From Raillietiella orientalis (lineage: Eukaryota): a stretch of DNA of 64,000 bases. Below are positions 51,541 through 64,000 of this stretch, piece after piece. A program made the translations under genes and the position numbers. Position 1 is the stretch's first letter, and every line of letters starts with the position of its first letter. Below the pieces are notes generated by a model, which was not told the DNA's origin, did no database searches, and saw only the letters and a list, made by a program, of their open reading frames with translations. The stretch is taken from assembly GCA_036172245.1 (NCBI GenBank), contig JAYWIR010000001.1, forward strand, positions 3,100,001 to 3,164,000, given 5' to 3'.

Positions 51541-53220
51541 GATTGGAAGTTGACCCCCTCGTAGTCCTTCCAAGAATCAAGGAGTCAGTCCCCTTCGGGG
51601 CTCCCTCCGGTTGTGCAGATGATCTCCACTGCGTACCACGGAGCTGGTTGATGCACCCCCGGGGGTTGCCTCTTTAGAGTCAGAAGCATGCTTCTCCCTT
51701 CGGGAGCGCCCTCCAGAGAAATTGGGAAGCGTCCCTTCGAGGTTCTCTTCAGAGGACGAGTAACAAGGAGCAGTTCTCTTGCTGCTCCCACCGGAGAAGA
51801 GATTCAAGATTCAACTCTACTGGTTTCCTCGGAAGAAAAAAAGAGGGGCGGAGGAACCATCTGGAGAGAATAGGGAAGAGGTTTCCTTCGGGATTCTCTT
51901 CCAAGCATAAGGGGGACCAACTCGTTCCTCCGGAGCCTTCCTGGATTCATAGGGTGGTCCCTCCAGGGTCACCTCTTAACTTGAAGAGTCACACGCAGTC
52001 TCGGGGATGGAGTGGGCAGTGTTTAAAGAGCTTCGTGAGCCCCCCCTAAGGAAGCAAAGGGTTCTTCAGTGCTTTGGTAACCAAAAAAAACAAAACCCGA
52101 AAAAACAAACAAACAAAAGCTGAAAGGAAAGCAGCGAAAGCAGAATAACCCAAAAGGAATTCTATCATCCAAGGTCCCCTCTCCTTGCCCCAGAGCTACC
52201 CTCCCTAAGGGACGCAAGGGACAGCGTAATCCCAGCAAGGTGAGAAGTGACTTGCCGCATAGCAGCAAAGAAGAAACTTCTGGGGTCGTGGACAACTCGG
52301 GAAGTGACCGACGCTGCGACTCCGAGTGTCCCACCCCAAGGACCTGCACGCTGGGGTGATCTGCTCGACATCCCTCCGGAGAAGGTGAAGTAGTCCCCAT
52401 CGTGCTGCAGCAGCGGAGTGCTCCCCCTCAAATGGCAGGAGTTGGCTGCTGCATGGAGGAAATCCCGTGCAAAGCGCGCCTTCTCCCCCAACTGGACACG
52501 GGAGGAGCGTGGATGCTAAGTGCGACAGGTGCGGGAAGAAGGAGACCCTTCAGCACCTGCTGTTGGACTGTGCTGTCCTCCGATCCCTTTGGGATCGCCT
52601 TGCGACGATCCTAGGAACCCCGGAGGGCGGCCCCAGGGACATTTTCAAACGCCTCTTCGCGCGTCCCGCCTCTGCTGCCAGCCGCATCCCTAGCACTTTT
52701 CCCTGCTGTGTTCTCGGGAATCACGGTGGCCTGGAACGTCAGAAGAGACCGAAATGGCAGGGACGTCATCCACTGGGTGCGGATCTTCCGGAAAACCGGC
52801 TCGATATGTCCCCTCCTGGGTGCGACACGGGTGGAACTGGCCAGCATCCTGAATAGGATGCCGAGGACGCCTGGCAGTGTACTGTGATCCCTTCCTCTCC
52901 CCCTCCCCCTCCTCATGCATAATTTCCCTTCCTCTGTTTGTTTGTTTTTTTGCTTCCCCTTCCCCCACGCTGACGGAGCGGACCTCGCCGGTCTGTGTGT
53001 TGGTCTTTGGCTGGTGCATTGCACGTGGTAGAACCAAGGGCTCCAACACACCAATGTATTTTTCTTACTTATGTAATTAAATCTCCAGCATAACCAGGTG
53101 ATGATCATCCAAGACCAGTAGCAGCCAACCATGTGTGAGTGAAATCATCAACGATCGGCAGCAATAGGGAACGCTAGAAAGAGAATGGTGGTGGGGGGGT
53201 CAGATCAATGGCTATTAATA
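51541..53220 (+). mobile_element. SINE copy S8, 5'-truncated, tail interrupted by LINE L9
   Basis: Body homologous to S6 from gattggaagttgacc. A-tract at 52083-52118. Tail ctgaaaggaaagcagcgaa...tctatcatccaag|accagtag matches the S2 tail. Right boundary uncertain. Confidence 0.8.
52174..53103 (+). mobile_element. 5'-truncated LINE (L9) nested in the SINE S8 tail
   Basis: GSWTTREVTDA...RWGDLL..., KCDRCGKKETLQHLLLDCAVLRSLWDRLA. ATTAAA + ccaggtg terminus. Perfect TSD ATCATCCAAG at 52164-52173 and 53104-53113. Confidence 0.92.
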
Positions 53221-53869
53221 GATTCTTTGTTAATAACCACTGATCGCAACGACCGGCACATGGAAGCTCCCAAGAGACTTATTGGTTGAACGGTGTATTG
53301 AGGTCAGCCCGCGGTGGCATGTTTGTCCATCTGACTTTCGTTGCCAGGCCCACAGGGAGCGGAAGGCAGGCCGGGGCGAACTCTGCGCGTTCGGTCGTGT
53401 GGCTCCCAGTCGAGATCGTGGCGCAATCACGCCTTGGATTGGATTTCTTTTGTTTTTCTTTGTACGGGATGAGATTTATTGGATCCCCTTCCCAATTGAT
53501 GCGAGCAGAACAACAGGAAACGCGAGCACATGTGGTGGTTCGTGCTGAAAGGAGTAAAATTGAGGAGGGCAGCTGCTTAGAGATGAGCAGAGCGCAAGAG
53601 GAAGTGGGCTCCATCCATGGAGAATCGCAAGCACTGATTGCGTGACTCATAAGTTTCCTGTTCTTCCCTCCTTCCAGTTGGGAAGGAGAAAAATAAAGAA
53701 AGGTCCACGGATAAACGCAACATGATTACTCTTTTCTCATTTTTCCAACGTGCGGCCTGCCGTTCCTCACATCCTTTTTCAATGCAGAGGACAAAGAAGC
53801 TACCGTTGTTCTTCCAGTCGTCTTTCCCCGTTCCGACTCGCAGTGGGGTGAATTCATTTGAGGCTCATG

Positions 53870-54620
53870 CACACAACAGACACACACAGAAATACATACA
53901 CGGACACTTTTGTGACCGTTGGGTCGCTTGCAGCTGAGCGCGGCCCTCTCGGGTAGGACACTGCACCATCCTGGCCGCGCAGTTGAGTGTTCCTAGGCAG
54001 TGCAGGACACTTCAGGACGGTACTCTTTCGCAAGCACGAAAGGTAACTTCTCTTCTGAGGACTCCTTGTAAAGTGTCCCAAGCGTTGCTCGGGTAGCTCC
54101 TCGTCAGCTTCGTCCTGACGAGGATGCTCCTCACGAAGAACGCGACGACCACTCGAACGGTGGGATTGTAGCAGGGCACACTGCCCTCTCCCTCCAACGG
54201 TCCCCGCAGGATCTCCAGCTTTGGCATGTCCTCCATCCCGATTGCTCGCCTCACCATTCTCCAATACTGGACAAGGGTGCAGACGTCGATCGACCCGCAC
54301 GCTGGACAATGGTCGTCATTTGGTTCCCGGTCCGGTGTTGGGGTCTCGTGACGCACAGGATGCCTCCGGGGTAGAATGCCAGGAGACAATTTGGAATGCC
54401 CGGTGGCAAGGAAGTTCACAGGACCGTCCCGATCGCCACTGGGTCGAGGGCATTCCCTGGCCTGCTCCTCATTCTTCCCATCACTTCGGATGGTGTGACT
54501 TCTTCCGACATCTCTATGTTCTTCATCCAGAGGTCTGAGTGCCTTGGTCTTGCCAAGGCTCGTGAGTCCTGTGGTGTATCGTCCTCTCCAGTGATCTTCC
54601 AGTCGTTCGGGGATCGGAAG
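53870..54620 (-). mobile_element. Decayed ORF2 C-terminus of a more distant LINE family (L10)
   Basis: HCPACGSIDVCTLVQYWRMV resembles a partly deleted zf-RVT motif. Sequence is dissimilar to L2-L9. Confidence 0.4.
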
Positions 54621-57247
54621 TTTCCATGCGCTACACCTTTCGACCGCAGATTATTCGTGCATGGTCACGGGAATCGCGTGTGCGATGACTGCGGTCGCAA
54701 CCAACTAAAAGCACTCGTGCACTCCCCTGGAGGCGACTCCAGGACACCAACCTCCTGACTCTGGCTACCGAGCCCGAGAGCAGCCACTCGCTCTCCGCAG
54801 CTTCTCTCAACGGTCTCCTGGTTCCGGCAGGAGAAACCGACTGATCTTTTCCCAGAGGTTCCCGCGCCTGTGCTTTTCCTTTCCGAGCTCCTCGGGCTGG
54901 TGACTCAGAGACTCGAGACGACCTCGTGTTGTCCATGGCACGCCGCTGCCACTACCGACTGGACGAGCCTTCCGGCTAGGACGACTCCTAGCGACAAGCG
55001 AAAGGCACTCCGCGGGTCTCGCAGATCTTCCGAGCGCCACCTGCGTCAGGCTGCAGATTTCCTTCCTCCGGCGCCGCCACATCCTCCTCCTCCTCCGCTT
55101 TCCCCTAAGAATATGCTCGCCGCCGCCTTCGCGTCTGATGACGCCGACAGAGGCGTGCTCTGGACCACATTTTCCGGATGACGCATCCCTGATTCCCGTC
55201 TCTCCTGAAATCCTAGCTGTATTCGTTCTGCCAACGTGCCTCCCAGGGGAAGACGACCATCTGGAGCGTCCATCCTGCTTTCGACAGCACGGACTCTCAC
55301 CAGGAAGGGAAAGAAAAGGCGTCCCCAGTCTGAGGAGCGGGAGGAGATCTAGGAAGAACTCCCTGAAAGCAGAGAGCAGGAAGAAGCTGCCTCCCTGGCG
55401 AAGTAACCGGAAGGCTGAGAAGCACCTGAGGCGGGCTCCACAGAGTCTGGAGGGAGCAGGAGCGTTGGGTGCGGGCAGGCACGAGAGCAGCAGGCTCAGG
55501 AGAACGCAGAGGAAGATGGCAAAAGACGAAGAGGAATAAGAAAGAAAATTCTTTTCCCGCGCGCTCAAGATCGTCGCAGCTAAGAAGGGAGTGTCCTCCC
55601 TCACCTTCGAGATGGAAAGAGCGAGAGCCTCTTTCGATCTGAAGACTGGTTGCCGGCTCCGAGCGATTTGGACGGGGAGGTGCGCGCACGCGCATCCGTC
55701 TCGGCCTCCTGCACCGCTCCCTCTCCCTGCGCGCGCGCCGATCTGGGAGCCAATGAGTGCGCCCTCGACACCGCCGCGTCCTGATTGCTGGGACTGCTCA
55801 GAGCCCGCCTCCGCCCCCGGGACTACGGGAACAGGCAGCGGCACGCAGTCGGGCATTCCGTGAGTTCAGCCCTCCGCCTGGTCGGCGGAGCGTCGCCCAA
55901 AGGTTCTGCCATGAGCGCAAATAGCCTGCCCCCCTCCAAGTCCCCTTTGAGGCTTTCCCTCCTGCTCCGACCGCTTTTGCTCTGGACCTCGGAGACTGAG
56001 GCGGAGGAAGAGAGCGAGAGGAGAAAAGAAGCGACCATGCTCCTGGCTTTCGCGGCAACGGAGGCGAGATGCTCTCTCTCTTTTCTCCGCCCACGCTGTT
56101 CCAACGCGCCCAGCGGAGGTGTCTCCCAATGGACGTGCATTAAAAGAAAAGCCAAAGTCGGAAGACGGAAGGCCCGACGAGGGGACAGTGGGAGGGGCGG
56201 GGAAAGTCAGGTTTCCTGGAGTGGATGGGGTGGAGGACGGTGTCGCTGTCGTCGCGATGCTCCTTCCCTGGAGCAGAAGCTCGCACCGCTGGGAGGATCG
56301 TCACGGAGGATCAAGGAAGGACAAAAATCGAACGCCTCTCCTCCTTCCTTCCTTCCAGACGTTGGTTCTCCCTGCTCGCCGCGCATTGCGCGGGCGAAAC
56401 TTTCAAACTTCTTCCAGAGGCTCTTTTCCGAACCTCCCTCCAGGAAGCCGCTGGGCTTTCTCGGACCCTGGAGACAGCAACTGCACCATCCACGAGGCTC
56501 CTGACGTGTTCTCCTCCTTTCTAACCGAACGAAGGGAAGCAAGAGAAAGAAGGCAGGCAGCCTGGGGTGGAAGAGAGCGAGCAAGGGGCGAGCGAATTTC
56601 TGGAGTCCCTGGAAGCAGTCCCCCTGACCGGAAATCTTCGGAGGGAAATGCACTCAGAGAGCGTACACTTTATCTTTCCGAGCAGAAGCAGGAGCCTTCA
56701 CAGCCTTCCTCTAAGCACCATTAGACGGGAGAGGGCGCAGTGGGTAAGCCCTTTTCCGACAGTGAGTTCTCCTAACCTTGTCTCCTTGATTCCAGCACGT
56801 CAAGCGATCCGAGTCACGGACACGGAGATGGGACACGGAGGATCACCCAGCCCAGCCTGGAGCGCAGCACTCGACTTCTCCTTTGCCTTTTCTTTTTCTT
56901 CTCGGACAGAGTAGTCCATTGGGAAATGATGCTACATGGTTCCCAGGCGAGGGCATCACAACGGAGCAGCAGGGTGCGAAGAGACTGACGGCGGAGTGTG
57001 GCTATCGGGTGAAAGCTCCTGGGTGGGGCCAGACGGGAAGAGCGGCTGTCTTTCATCCAGAAACTACTGAGAGCCGAAGTCTTCCCGGAGTTCGAAAACT
57101 GCCCCTCGAGTGTCCCCACGAGGCATGCTGATGGAGCAAGAAGGTTGAGAATCTTTGCGGGATGGAACACCTCCAGGAGAGAGTCACGAAGCACTGGTGG
57201 AGAACACATTGGTCAGTATGGCCAATGTGGTCAGCGTCCACGCTATA

Positions 57248-58130
57248 TTTTCACTTGGCCACGCTAGAGCGTTTATTGTAAGAAATGCGAATTTCAACAC
57301 TAAGCCTTTCAATAAAGCGCGTGGTTCCAGTGCCCCCACTTCCGCATGTTCCGGAGGAGATCCCTGCTTGGAGCCAGGAGAGTCGTCGGAAGAGGTCCGC
57401 GCAGGGAAATTAGGGGGAAAAGAAAGGAAAAAAAATAAATAAATACGAAACAAAAAAAAGCATTAAGATGTCAGGGAGGTAAGGAAAGATCACGGACTGC
57501 TTCCTGGTGGCCTTTGCATTCTCTCGAGGATGCCGCCAAGTTCCTCTCGATTGTGCCTTAGGCGCGGCCATCTAGCAGCCATCCTTAAAAACGAGAAGAC
57601 GAAGGAGGCGGGTTCTCTGCTTTTCCGACCTCTGCTGTAGGGGCTTCCAGGTGCCCCGATCCCGCGGAAGCAGCACAAAACTGCTCTCGTCGGCGCGGCA
57701 GGCGACATCCTGCCACGCAAAGTGAAGGTCTGAATGAGGTCCTCGGGAGGTCTTCCGGGAATTTCAGGTTCGTGGTGAAACGTCCCCGCACACACCGGAG
57801 GGCAGCGAACTCCAAAAGCAGGTGTGGCAAGGTTTCCCTTTCGTCGCACCTGTTCCACTCTGGGGTCTCAGTTTCCCTGGTCCAGTGCTGGAGGCGCTCA
57901 CTGCAAGGGATGTCCCGATGCGGCAGTCGTAACGCCCGAGTCCTGCCTCTTCAGAGGAAGCACGGAGCTGTCGAAGAGCACCGCGGGGACCTACACTTCC
58001 TTCAACAGGATTCCAGGGAGATCCGTCCAGAGGAGAAGTCCTTTGGGGAGGGCGACGGGAGCGGAAGCGTCAGTCAGCTGATGCACCGTCCAGCATCCCA
58101 ATTGCTTCTTTTTTCCTGCCACTTTTTTCC
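57248..58130 (-). mobile_element. 5'-truncated LINE (L11)
   Basis: KKKQLGCWTVHQLTDA...VLPLKRQ...AVLCCFRG...WPRLRHNREELGGILERMQR. T-rich UTR and terminus aataaacgctctagcgtggccaagtgaaaa. Confidence 0.85.
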
Positions 58131-58799
58131 TTGCGCACCTTGTAAATGGAGGAGGAGGAGGAGAAAGGGTGAATAGGTGGAAATGTCGGCAGAGCAGTTT
58201 CCCGACAGATGGGAAGTTCATTAGATAAACTCAGGCCTGGATACCTGTGCAAGGATCAGAGAAAGAAAAAGAAAAGGGAAGCAATGGGAGTACCCTGAAA
58301 ATCAGCAACAAAGACAAGAGAGGACTTTTCTGACACCGAAGAACTGGAAGTCGGTATATGTAGAAAAAGCCTAGACTCCGTAAGGAAGAGGTTTTTTTTT
58401 GTGTGAACTTGTTGCTAAGGCTGTTTCCATCCCAACCGAACGGTCGCAGTAAGCCGATGAAAAATAGGAGGAATAGTGTTTATTCAGCAGGCTTGGTTCG
58501 TTATCTCACGACAACTTCTCATGCATAGGTTAGAAATGAGTTGAGAAAAGCATCGGAGCGAGGTCTTGACCCTTACCAAAATTTCTGGCCTGAACAGCCG
58601 GGGGATTCGAGGTTTCGTAGTTGCCGAGATCATGAGAGCTATATGGGGATTGGCAGCAGGCAACAGCCCCTGTATCTGCTTCCAGAAGGGTTTCAGGCAA
58701 CGAAAACAAAAACGGAACAAAGGAAAAACAAGAGGCAAGTACCATTCATCTGAAGGCATGTGCGAAATGGTAGTTCTGGAAAGATGCCTTCCATTCTCA

Positions 58800-59560
58800 G
58801 ATTGCTAGGGCATGACATCTGGCTACATCTTCTTTAGATTCTTTGAGACTTATTGGACCCCAGATGCGAATGGTGCGAGCTAATTCGAAAGCGTTGTACC
58901 GTTCTCCACTTGCTCTTGTCTGCAGGTACGAAAGTGTCCGTTTTCCTGCACCCACGAGTACCCGTAAGAGGGCGAAACCTGGCAGTTCCCCGGTGCAACA
59001 GGTTTCGAGCACACACCAACACCTCCCTTGTTGAACTTCCTTGCTCTCTGAAATCAGAAAGCAGAGAGTTGGTTGCTCTCAACCGGACAAAAATCTCAGC
59101 TTCCCAGGAATACTTCTCAGGTTTCTCTCTTTGCTCAGCCCGAAAAATTTTCTGGAGAAATATCCTTTCTTCTTGACGCTCAGGTTTCTCAAAATGAAAC
59201 CTGTTTAAAGCGTACAGGATTTCCGAGACGGAACGACAGGACCGGTCGTTTCTCTGGACGGATTCTTATCTTGAGCACGTGAGGGTGCATGCGCAACAAT
59301 GCGTGCTCAACAATGAAAGCGGTGTTTCGAAATCAGTGCTTCGATTGTTTAACTTCAGAGGACACCAAAGGAATGCTTCTAATCGGACTTCTCGATTGTT
59401 TGCCGAGAACGCCAGCATTGTTGCGTGCTGTTTCGATGCTCTCAGCAGCGATTATGGAAGGCAGCATGATGACGGACGATCCCCCCTCCTCACCTCTTCG
59501 CTTGCTCGTCGTGCCGTTCCCATTCCGCTCGTAAGAATCGCCTTCAAAGGACTGTGTGTG
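58800..59560 (-). pseudogene. Decayed protein-coding remnant of unknown family
   Basis: One frame reads protein-like (SVSEILYALNRFHFEKPERQEERIFLQKIFRAEQREKPEKYSWEAEIFVRLRATNSLL...) but is interrupted by stops. Confidence 0.25.
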
Positions 59561-62500
59561 CACACGTGAGGGCAGGAGGGAAGGAAGCTGACCCTTACTC
59601 AGGAGGCGATTGCACGCGCAATGTCTGCGTGAGCACGCTTTATATCTGAGGAACATGCGCGCACAAAAGAATGAAAGAAAGAAAGGGGGGAAAAAAAGGG
59701 ACGTTGAAGCAAGAAGAGAGGAACTCCCAGAGGGGAACGTTTGACCGAGGGTGGCATGCGATGCGGCTGCCTAGTCAAATGTTCCGTATAAGATTTGAAA
59801 GCGGATGCACCTTCGCGAGCGATTCACTTCTCGTGAGTGGTTAAGTGCGGTGGGGGAGAGATATGCATCAGCTTTACCTATGATTAAATCGTCGTTCCAT
59901 TTCCCTGACAACCTTGCCTCGCTCTTTCTTGGGAAATTCCAGACGTTCCTGTAGTAATCTCGTTTTTTTTTTTTTTTTTTTTTCATTATCGTTATTTCTG
60001 GAGTGGGTGCTCGAATGGTCCAACAGTTTCTTTTTTTTTTTTTGGCCCCTTCCGATCCGGAAAGGACGAAGATCTGGACGGATCGAGTACGACTGGTCAT
60101 GCCATTCGCCAATTTTCTCTTTTCTCTCGGAACGGTTCGGAGTGGACATCCTGGATTCGGAGGATCGCCAGGGGGGTCGCGTGAGAAAGGTGAGCGGCTT
60201 GCACCAAGTCTCCGCAGCAGCTGCCGGCAGCGAAAGCGGCAGCCCTGCACCTCCGCGTGAGGAGGTCTGCCGAGCGCATACTCTTGAGCGCGCGCGTTTC
60301 GAAATGTTCTCTAAGCATCCAGCGAGAGCGAACTCGGTCGTCAGGACGTGGGCCCCAGAGAAGAAGGTAAGTGAAATCGGATATTCGGCAGGCGGAGGTT
60401 CAAGGCCGAGGATCCCTTTAAGAACGCAGCCTTGTTTTGACAGCGGAGCGGAAGGAACCGAACCTGTGGCTTACCGTTCATTTCTCTCTCCTGTTGGATG
60501 CATCGCGCACCGCCGCGGGCGACCAGAGAGGCAATCGGAATCGCTCTACTGGTAGTCAGATCTCGAGGAGTGGGGGGGAGGGGCTTGTAAGCTTCTTGTC
60601 AACTCCCCGAGGCTGACGCGTGGATGCGTGTGTCGCGCGTGTTCTCCTCCTCCACACATGCACCTGCCCGCTTTGTCTCTGCCAAACTTTCCCATGATAG
60701 AGAGTCCCTGTCACCTCCGTACGGGATTTTTTTGTCTGCTTCGGACCACAGTGGTTAGGGAGGGAGCATTGCATGAGGTTAGGAAGTGGGTGCTGACGTT
60801 TCGCACCACCTAAAGAAAACACGTTCGATTCCTCCCTTCTCTTTTTGTTTAACCCTTTTGGGGGGAGTCTTTTTTTCGAGGGCAATTTGAGTGCTTGAAA
60901 TGAAGGGTGAACGCTCTTGACCGAGTCATTACTGCTTTTCTGCTGCCTCACTTGTCAACGAGACGGTTGGTCTCTCCACTCTTGCGTAAACCTGCTTTCG
61001 AAGGCAGTTGCGGCAACGAGCGCAACCTACGGGACTCCCCCCCCCCTCCTCCCTCAAAGCTCGTGGCGACGTTTCCCACTCGCTGGTTTCACTCCCTTCC
61101 TCGCCGCTCCAGGTCCTGGAAGGGCTTCTCAGATTTCGAGTCGGTTTCATGTTCAGGTGAGCGCGCGCGCCGTGTGAGGCGATTCCCGCCGCCGCGTCCC
61201 GGTTTCATCCAGCCCCCCCTCCCTGCTCGCAGCCTCCCGCACAAAATCGCCCCCCGAGGAACCCGGCGGCACGAGCCGTGCATGCGGACCGGGGGTCGCG
61301 GCTGCTCGCTGCGGCGATTTCCGCCGCCTGCGAAACTCGTTTTCGGTCGGGAGCCGCCTCCCCCGGTCCAGAGAAGGAGCGGAGCGCCACTAAAAGGGCA
61401 AACTCCTCTCCCCTCGGAGCTGCAAAGCGGGTCCGTCCCTCCTCTTTCGTCCTCCTTTTGATTTGCGGCTCAACCACGGCACGGATGATTCGTTTATGCA
61501 GCTCTGGACAACGAGAGAGGTTCCACCTCGAGAAACTGCCTCTTCCGGGCTCCGAATGCGAGGGGCAAGGTGAGTTTCCTTGGGGAGGTCGTGGTTCTCC
61601 TCCCCTTGCATCTCCTGGAACTGCCCTCAGGGGCTGTCTTACGCCGCTCTCGCGGCGCACGCAGCAATTCCCCGCGGTCGCTCACGTCGCGTGGTGCCTC
61701 GGCTCCACTTGTTCCGAAGTCATGCCCTCTCTTCCCTATTAGGTTTCCATCCTCAGTTGGCGTCGTACCCCTTCTGATCAGTTCCTGCCCAAAATTTTTT
61801 TGCAGGCAGAGCAGTCATTATTTACGGTAGGAAGATATCACGGGATCACGGACCTCTCCCGTGACGGGAGAGGGCTTCCCCTTTGTGCGCTTCTGATCCG
61901 GGGCTCCCCTGCTTAGCGTCTCTTCGGCGCTGTCCGCACGTCTCCTGGGTGTGGCGCGGTCTTCACCTTGGCGCTCGCACGCGCTCCGCGACACGACAAA
62001 CTCCTCCTCGAGTTCTCGAGAGGGCTGGCCCCTCGGATTTCCGCGTTCCCTTCCGAGACGGGTGGGAATCCTATCGGTTCGGCTTCCGAAGAGCCTGCAG
62101 CTCCAGTGTCGCGAGCCGTCATCGGGAGAGGGGAGGAGGAGAAACGGGGCCGGATTCCTCGTTCCTCAAGAAGATGAAAAAAGAAAAAGAAAAAAGCGCG
62201 GGACCAACCGGCTTCGTCATCCTTGATCTGCGGCTGCCGAGGAGGGTTCCTGACCAGAGCTGTTCATTTAGTGCTTCTCTCCTTGTGCGATTTTTTCATC
62301 GGGAACTCACGAGCACGTTCAAACCGATTGCTGCTGGCGTTTTGGATTTCCTCTCTTTCGATTCAACGAACCTCTCGCCTTCCCGGGTACGGACATCGAA
62401 GGCATCACAGGATTTGCAGCTGTTTTTCTTTTCTTTTCGTTTCAAGGGCTTGTACGCTTTTCTGTATACAACTTTCCTCGCTGCCCATGGAATGCCTGCA

Positions 62501-62612
62501 CTGTCACTTGCTGCCGGACGCTTCGAACGTTACAGACCATTCCTTGCTCGGCAAGACAAAATACCCGGAGGACATCAGGGGGGATCTCTTTGCGAAACGA
62601 TGGTCGTGCTGT

Positions 62613-62807
62613 TTCTCACCCGGGTGCGCCGGGGCGTTTATTCCTAAACTATCCAGGAACAGAGTTCCCGGACAAAGGACACAGGAGAAACGAAGGGGGA
62701 GGATCCCGGACACGCAGTCGGTAAACCGAAAGTCCGGAACGGGGGGAGGGGACCACAAATACAGATATAAAATATAGAAATGAAGATATGGGGGGGTAGG
62801 GGACAGG
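62613..62807 (-). mobile_element. Extremely truncated LINE insertion, 3'UTR only (L12a)
   Basis: Terminus aataaacgccccggcgcacccgggtgagaa. Perfect 11-bp TSD GGTCGTGCTGT at 62602-62612 and 62808-62818. Confidence 0.85.
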
Positions 62808-62819
62808 GGTCGTGCTGTG

Positions 62820-63200
62820 GCGACGTACGAGAGACCATCTCTGCATCGTTCATTTTCGACGGCGGCGCGGGGGCGCGAGTTTCGGGAGCACCGCGAGAAA
62901 AGCGTCCCGGCGAGCCTTCGTGCGCGCCCTCCGACGTCGTTTCACCTAGCGGATGCGGTTTCCCTGGCGAGGGAGAAACGGACTGTGTCATCACCGTTCT
63001 TGCTCGACTCGTTCCGAAAACGCGCGCGCGGCCTCGCACCTCCTGCGAGGGAGGCGGTTGCAGGAACCGGGCTGTCGCACACCCTAGTTCCCGTTCCGCG
63101 AACTTTGCTCCCCGGTCCAGGATTGCGGGCCAATGCGCACCAAAGTGCACGCAGTGATCTGGGCGCGATAATCGAAGTCAAAGATCTTCAGCACGCGGAG
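62820..63200 (-). mobile_element. Possible decayed LINE ORF2 C-terminus (L12b)
   Basis: SLRALWCALAR...ATASLAG...RRLAGTL resembles LR.LW.RLA...ELAGIL of other copies. Confidence 0.35.
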
Positions 63201-64000
63201 TGGGAAACGAGCTGCTGGAATCTTCTGCGAACTGTGGACAGACGGAGGAACGGTTTCGTTCCTCCTGCCCGAAATCTCTCACACTGACGACGACCCGACC
63301 GCACTCGTCCTCCACGAAGTTCTTCAGGTAGACGACCTCCCTTGGCTTTTTTTGTCTTTCCGTCTTGCAACTCAGTCAGATGGAATCAGCGACAAGAAAC
63401 TGGCCAGCCTGGTACTCGGTGCAGAGGTCAAGGATTAGTTGATCACAAGGGGAATGACGCTCCTCCTCTCTGTCGGTCCGGAGGTCGCCGTAGCCAAGGT
63501 TCGAGCCTTGGTTACGGCAACCTTGAAATGCGCAAGCAAAATTCCGAGTTCCCAGTTCCGACCAACAAAGTCAAGTCTTTGCAGAGAGCCCCGTTATTCT
63601 TGCGGACTGCAGAAAGAAGGACCACGTCGGAGTGCTTCTGAATGCAGAAGCTGCTTTAAAGAAAGACACGTGGAACTTCCGCGACCGGAAACAAGTACCA
63701 CTGACGCGTTCTTGCTGCTGCGATGCTCCGAACTCGTTTCGCCCCGTCGACTGAAAAAGTCCCATCCTACAAACACCATTCGTGTTACGACATAGATGTG
63801 CTAAAATGGCCCTCCCCACCCCCCCAAACAAAAAAACAAAACGAAACAAACGGACCAGCGCCGTGCGCGAGAGTTTCGGGATTGCCACAGAGTTTTCAGT
63901 GATTCCGATTCCATGCAGAGTGGAAGGATTTGCGGGGAAAGCAACTGAAGTGAAATTCACGGCAATCGCTGGCACGCACTCCAGGAAAAAGCAATCCACG

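Noticed and set aside
61853-61873. Palindrome cctctcccgt-g-acgggagagg as a terminator or element end
   Set aside because: Short, single occurrence, with no T-tract or associated element boundary.

Overview
This is repeat-dense eukaryotic DNA: LINE/SINE-type retroelements, homopolymer and microsatellite tracts, and no operon-like gene packing. I could not identify the organism, and I can support no intact host gene. Most ORFs in the track look like chance ORFs in GC-rich repeats or decayed coding remnants. Two retroelement groups dominate. (1) Eight copies (S1-S8) of an unusually long, about 1.1 kb, tRNA-headed SINE-like element whose body is a tandem array of bulged GC-rich stem-loops, often with C(UUCG)G loops. 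The full-length copy at 9592-10688 has a perfect 14-bp target-site duplication (TSD). (2) About a dozen 5'-truncated, decayed L1/Tx1-like LINE ORF2 ends with a zf-RVT-type CxxC..ET..HLL..C motif and a conserved AATAAA + hairpin terminus. The main results are: two copies of one LINE subfamily inserted in antisense at the same homologous nucleotide of an older LINE subfamily, each with its own TSD; TSDs that mostly start with (A)ATC; and two convergent SINE copies sharing a 466-bp near-identical tract. All alignments were done by eye, so boundaries not fixed by a TSD are approximate.
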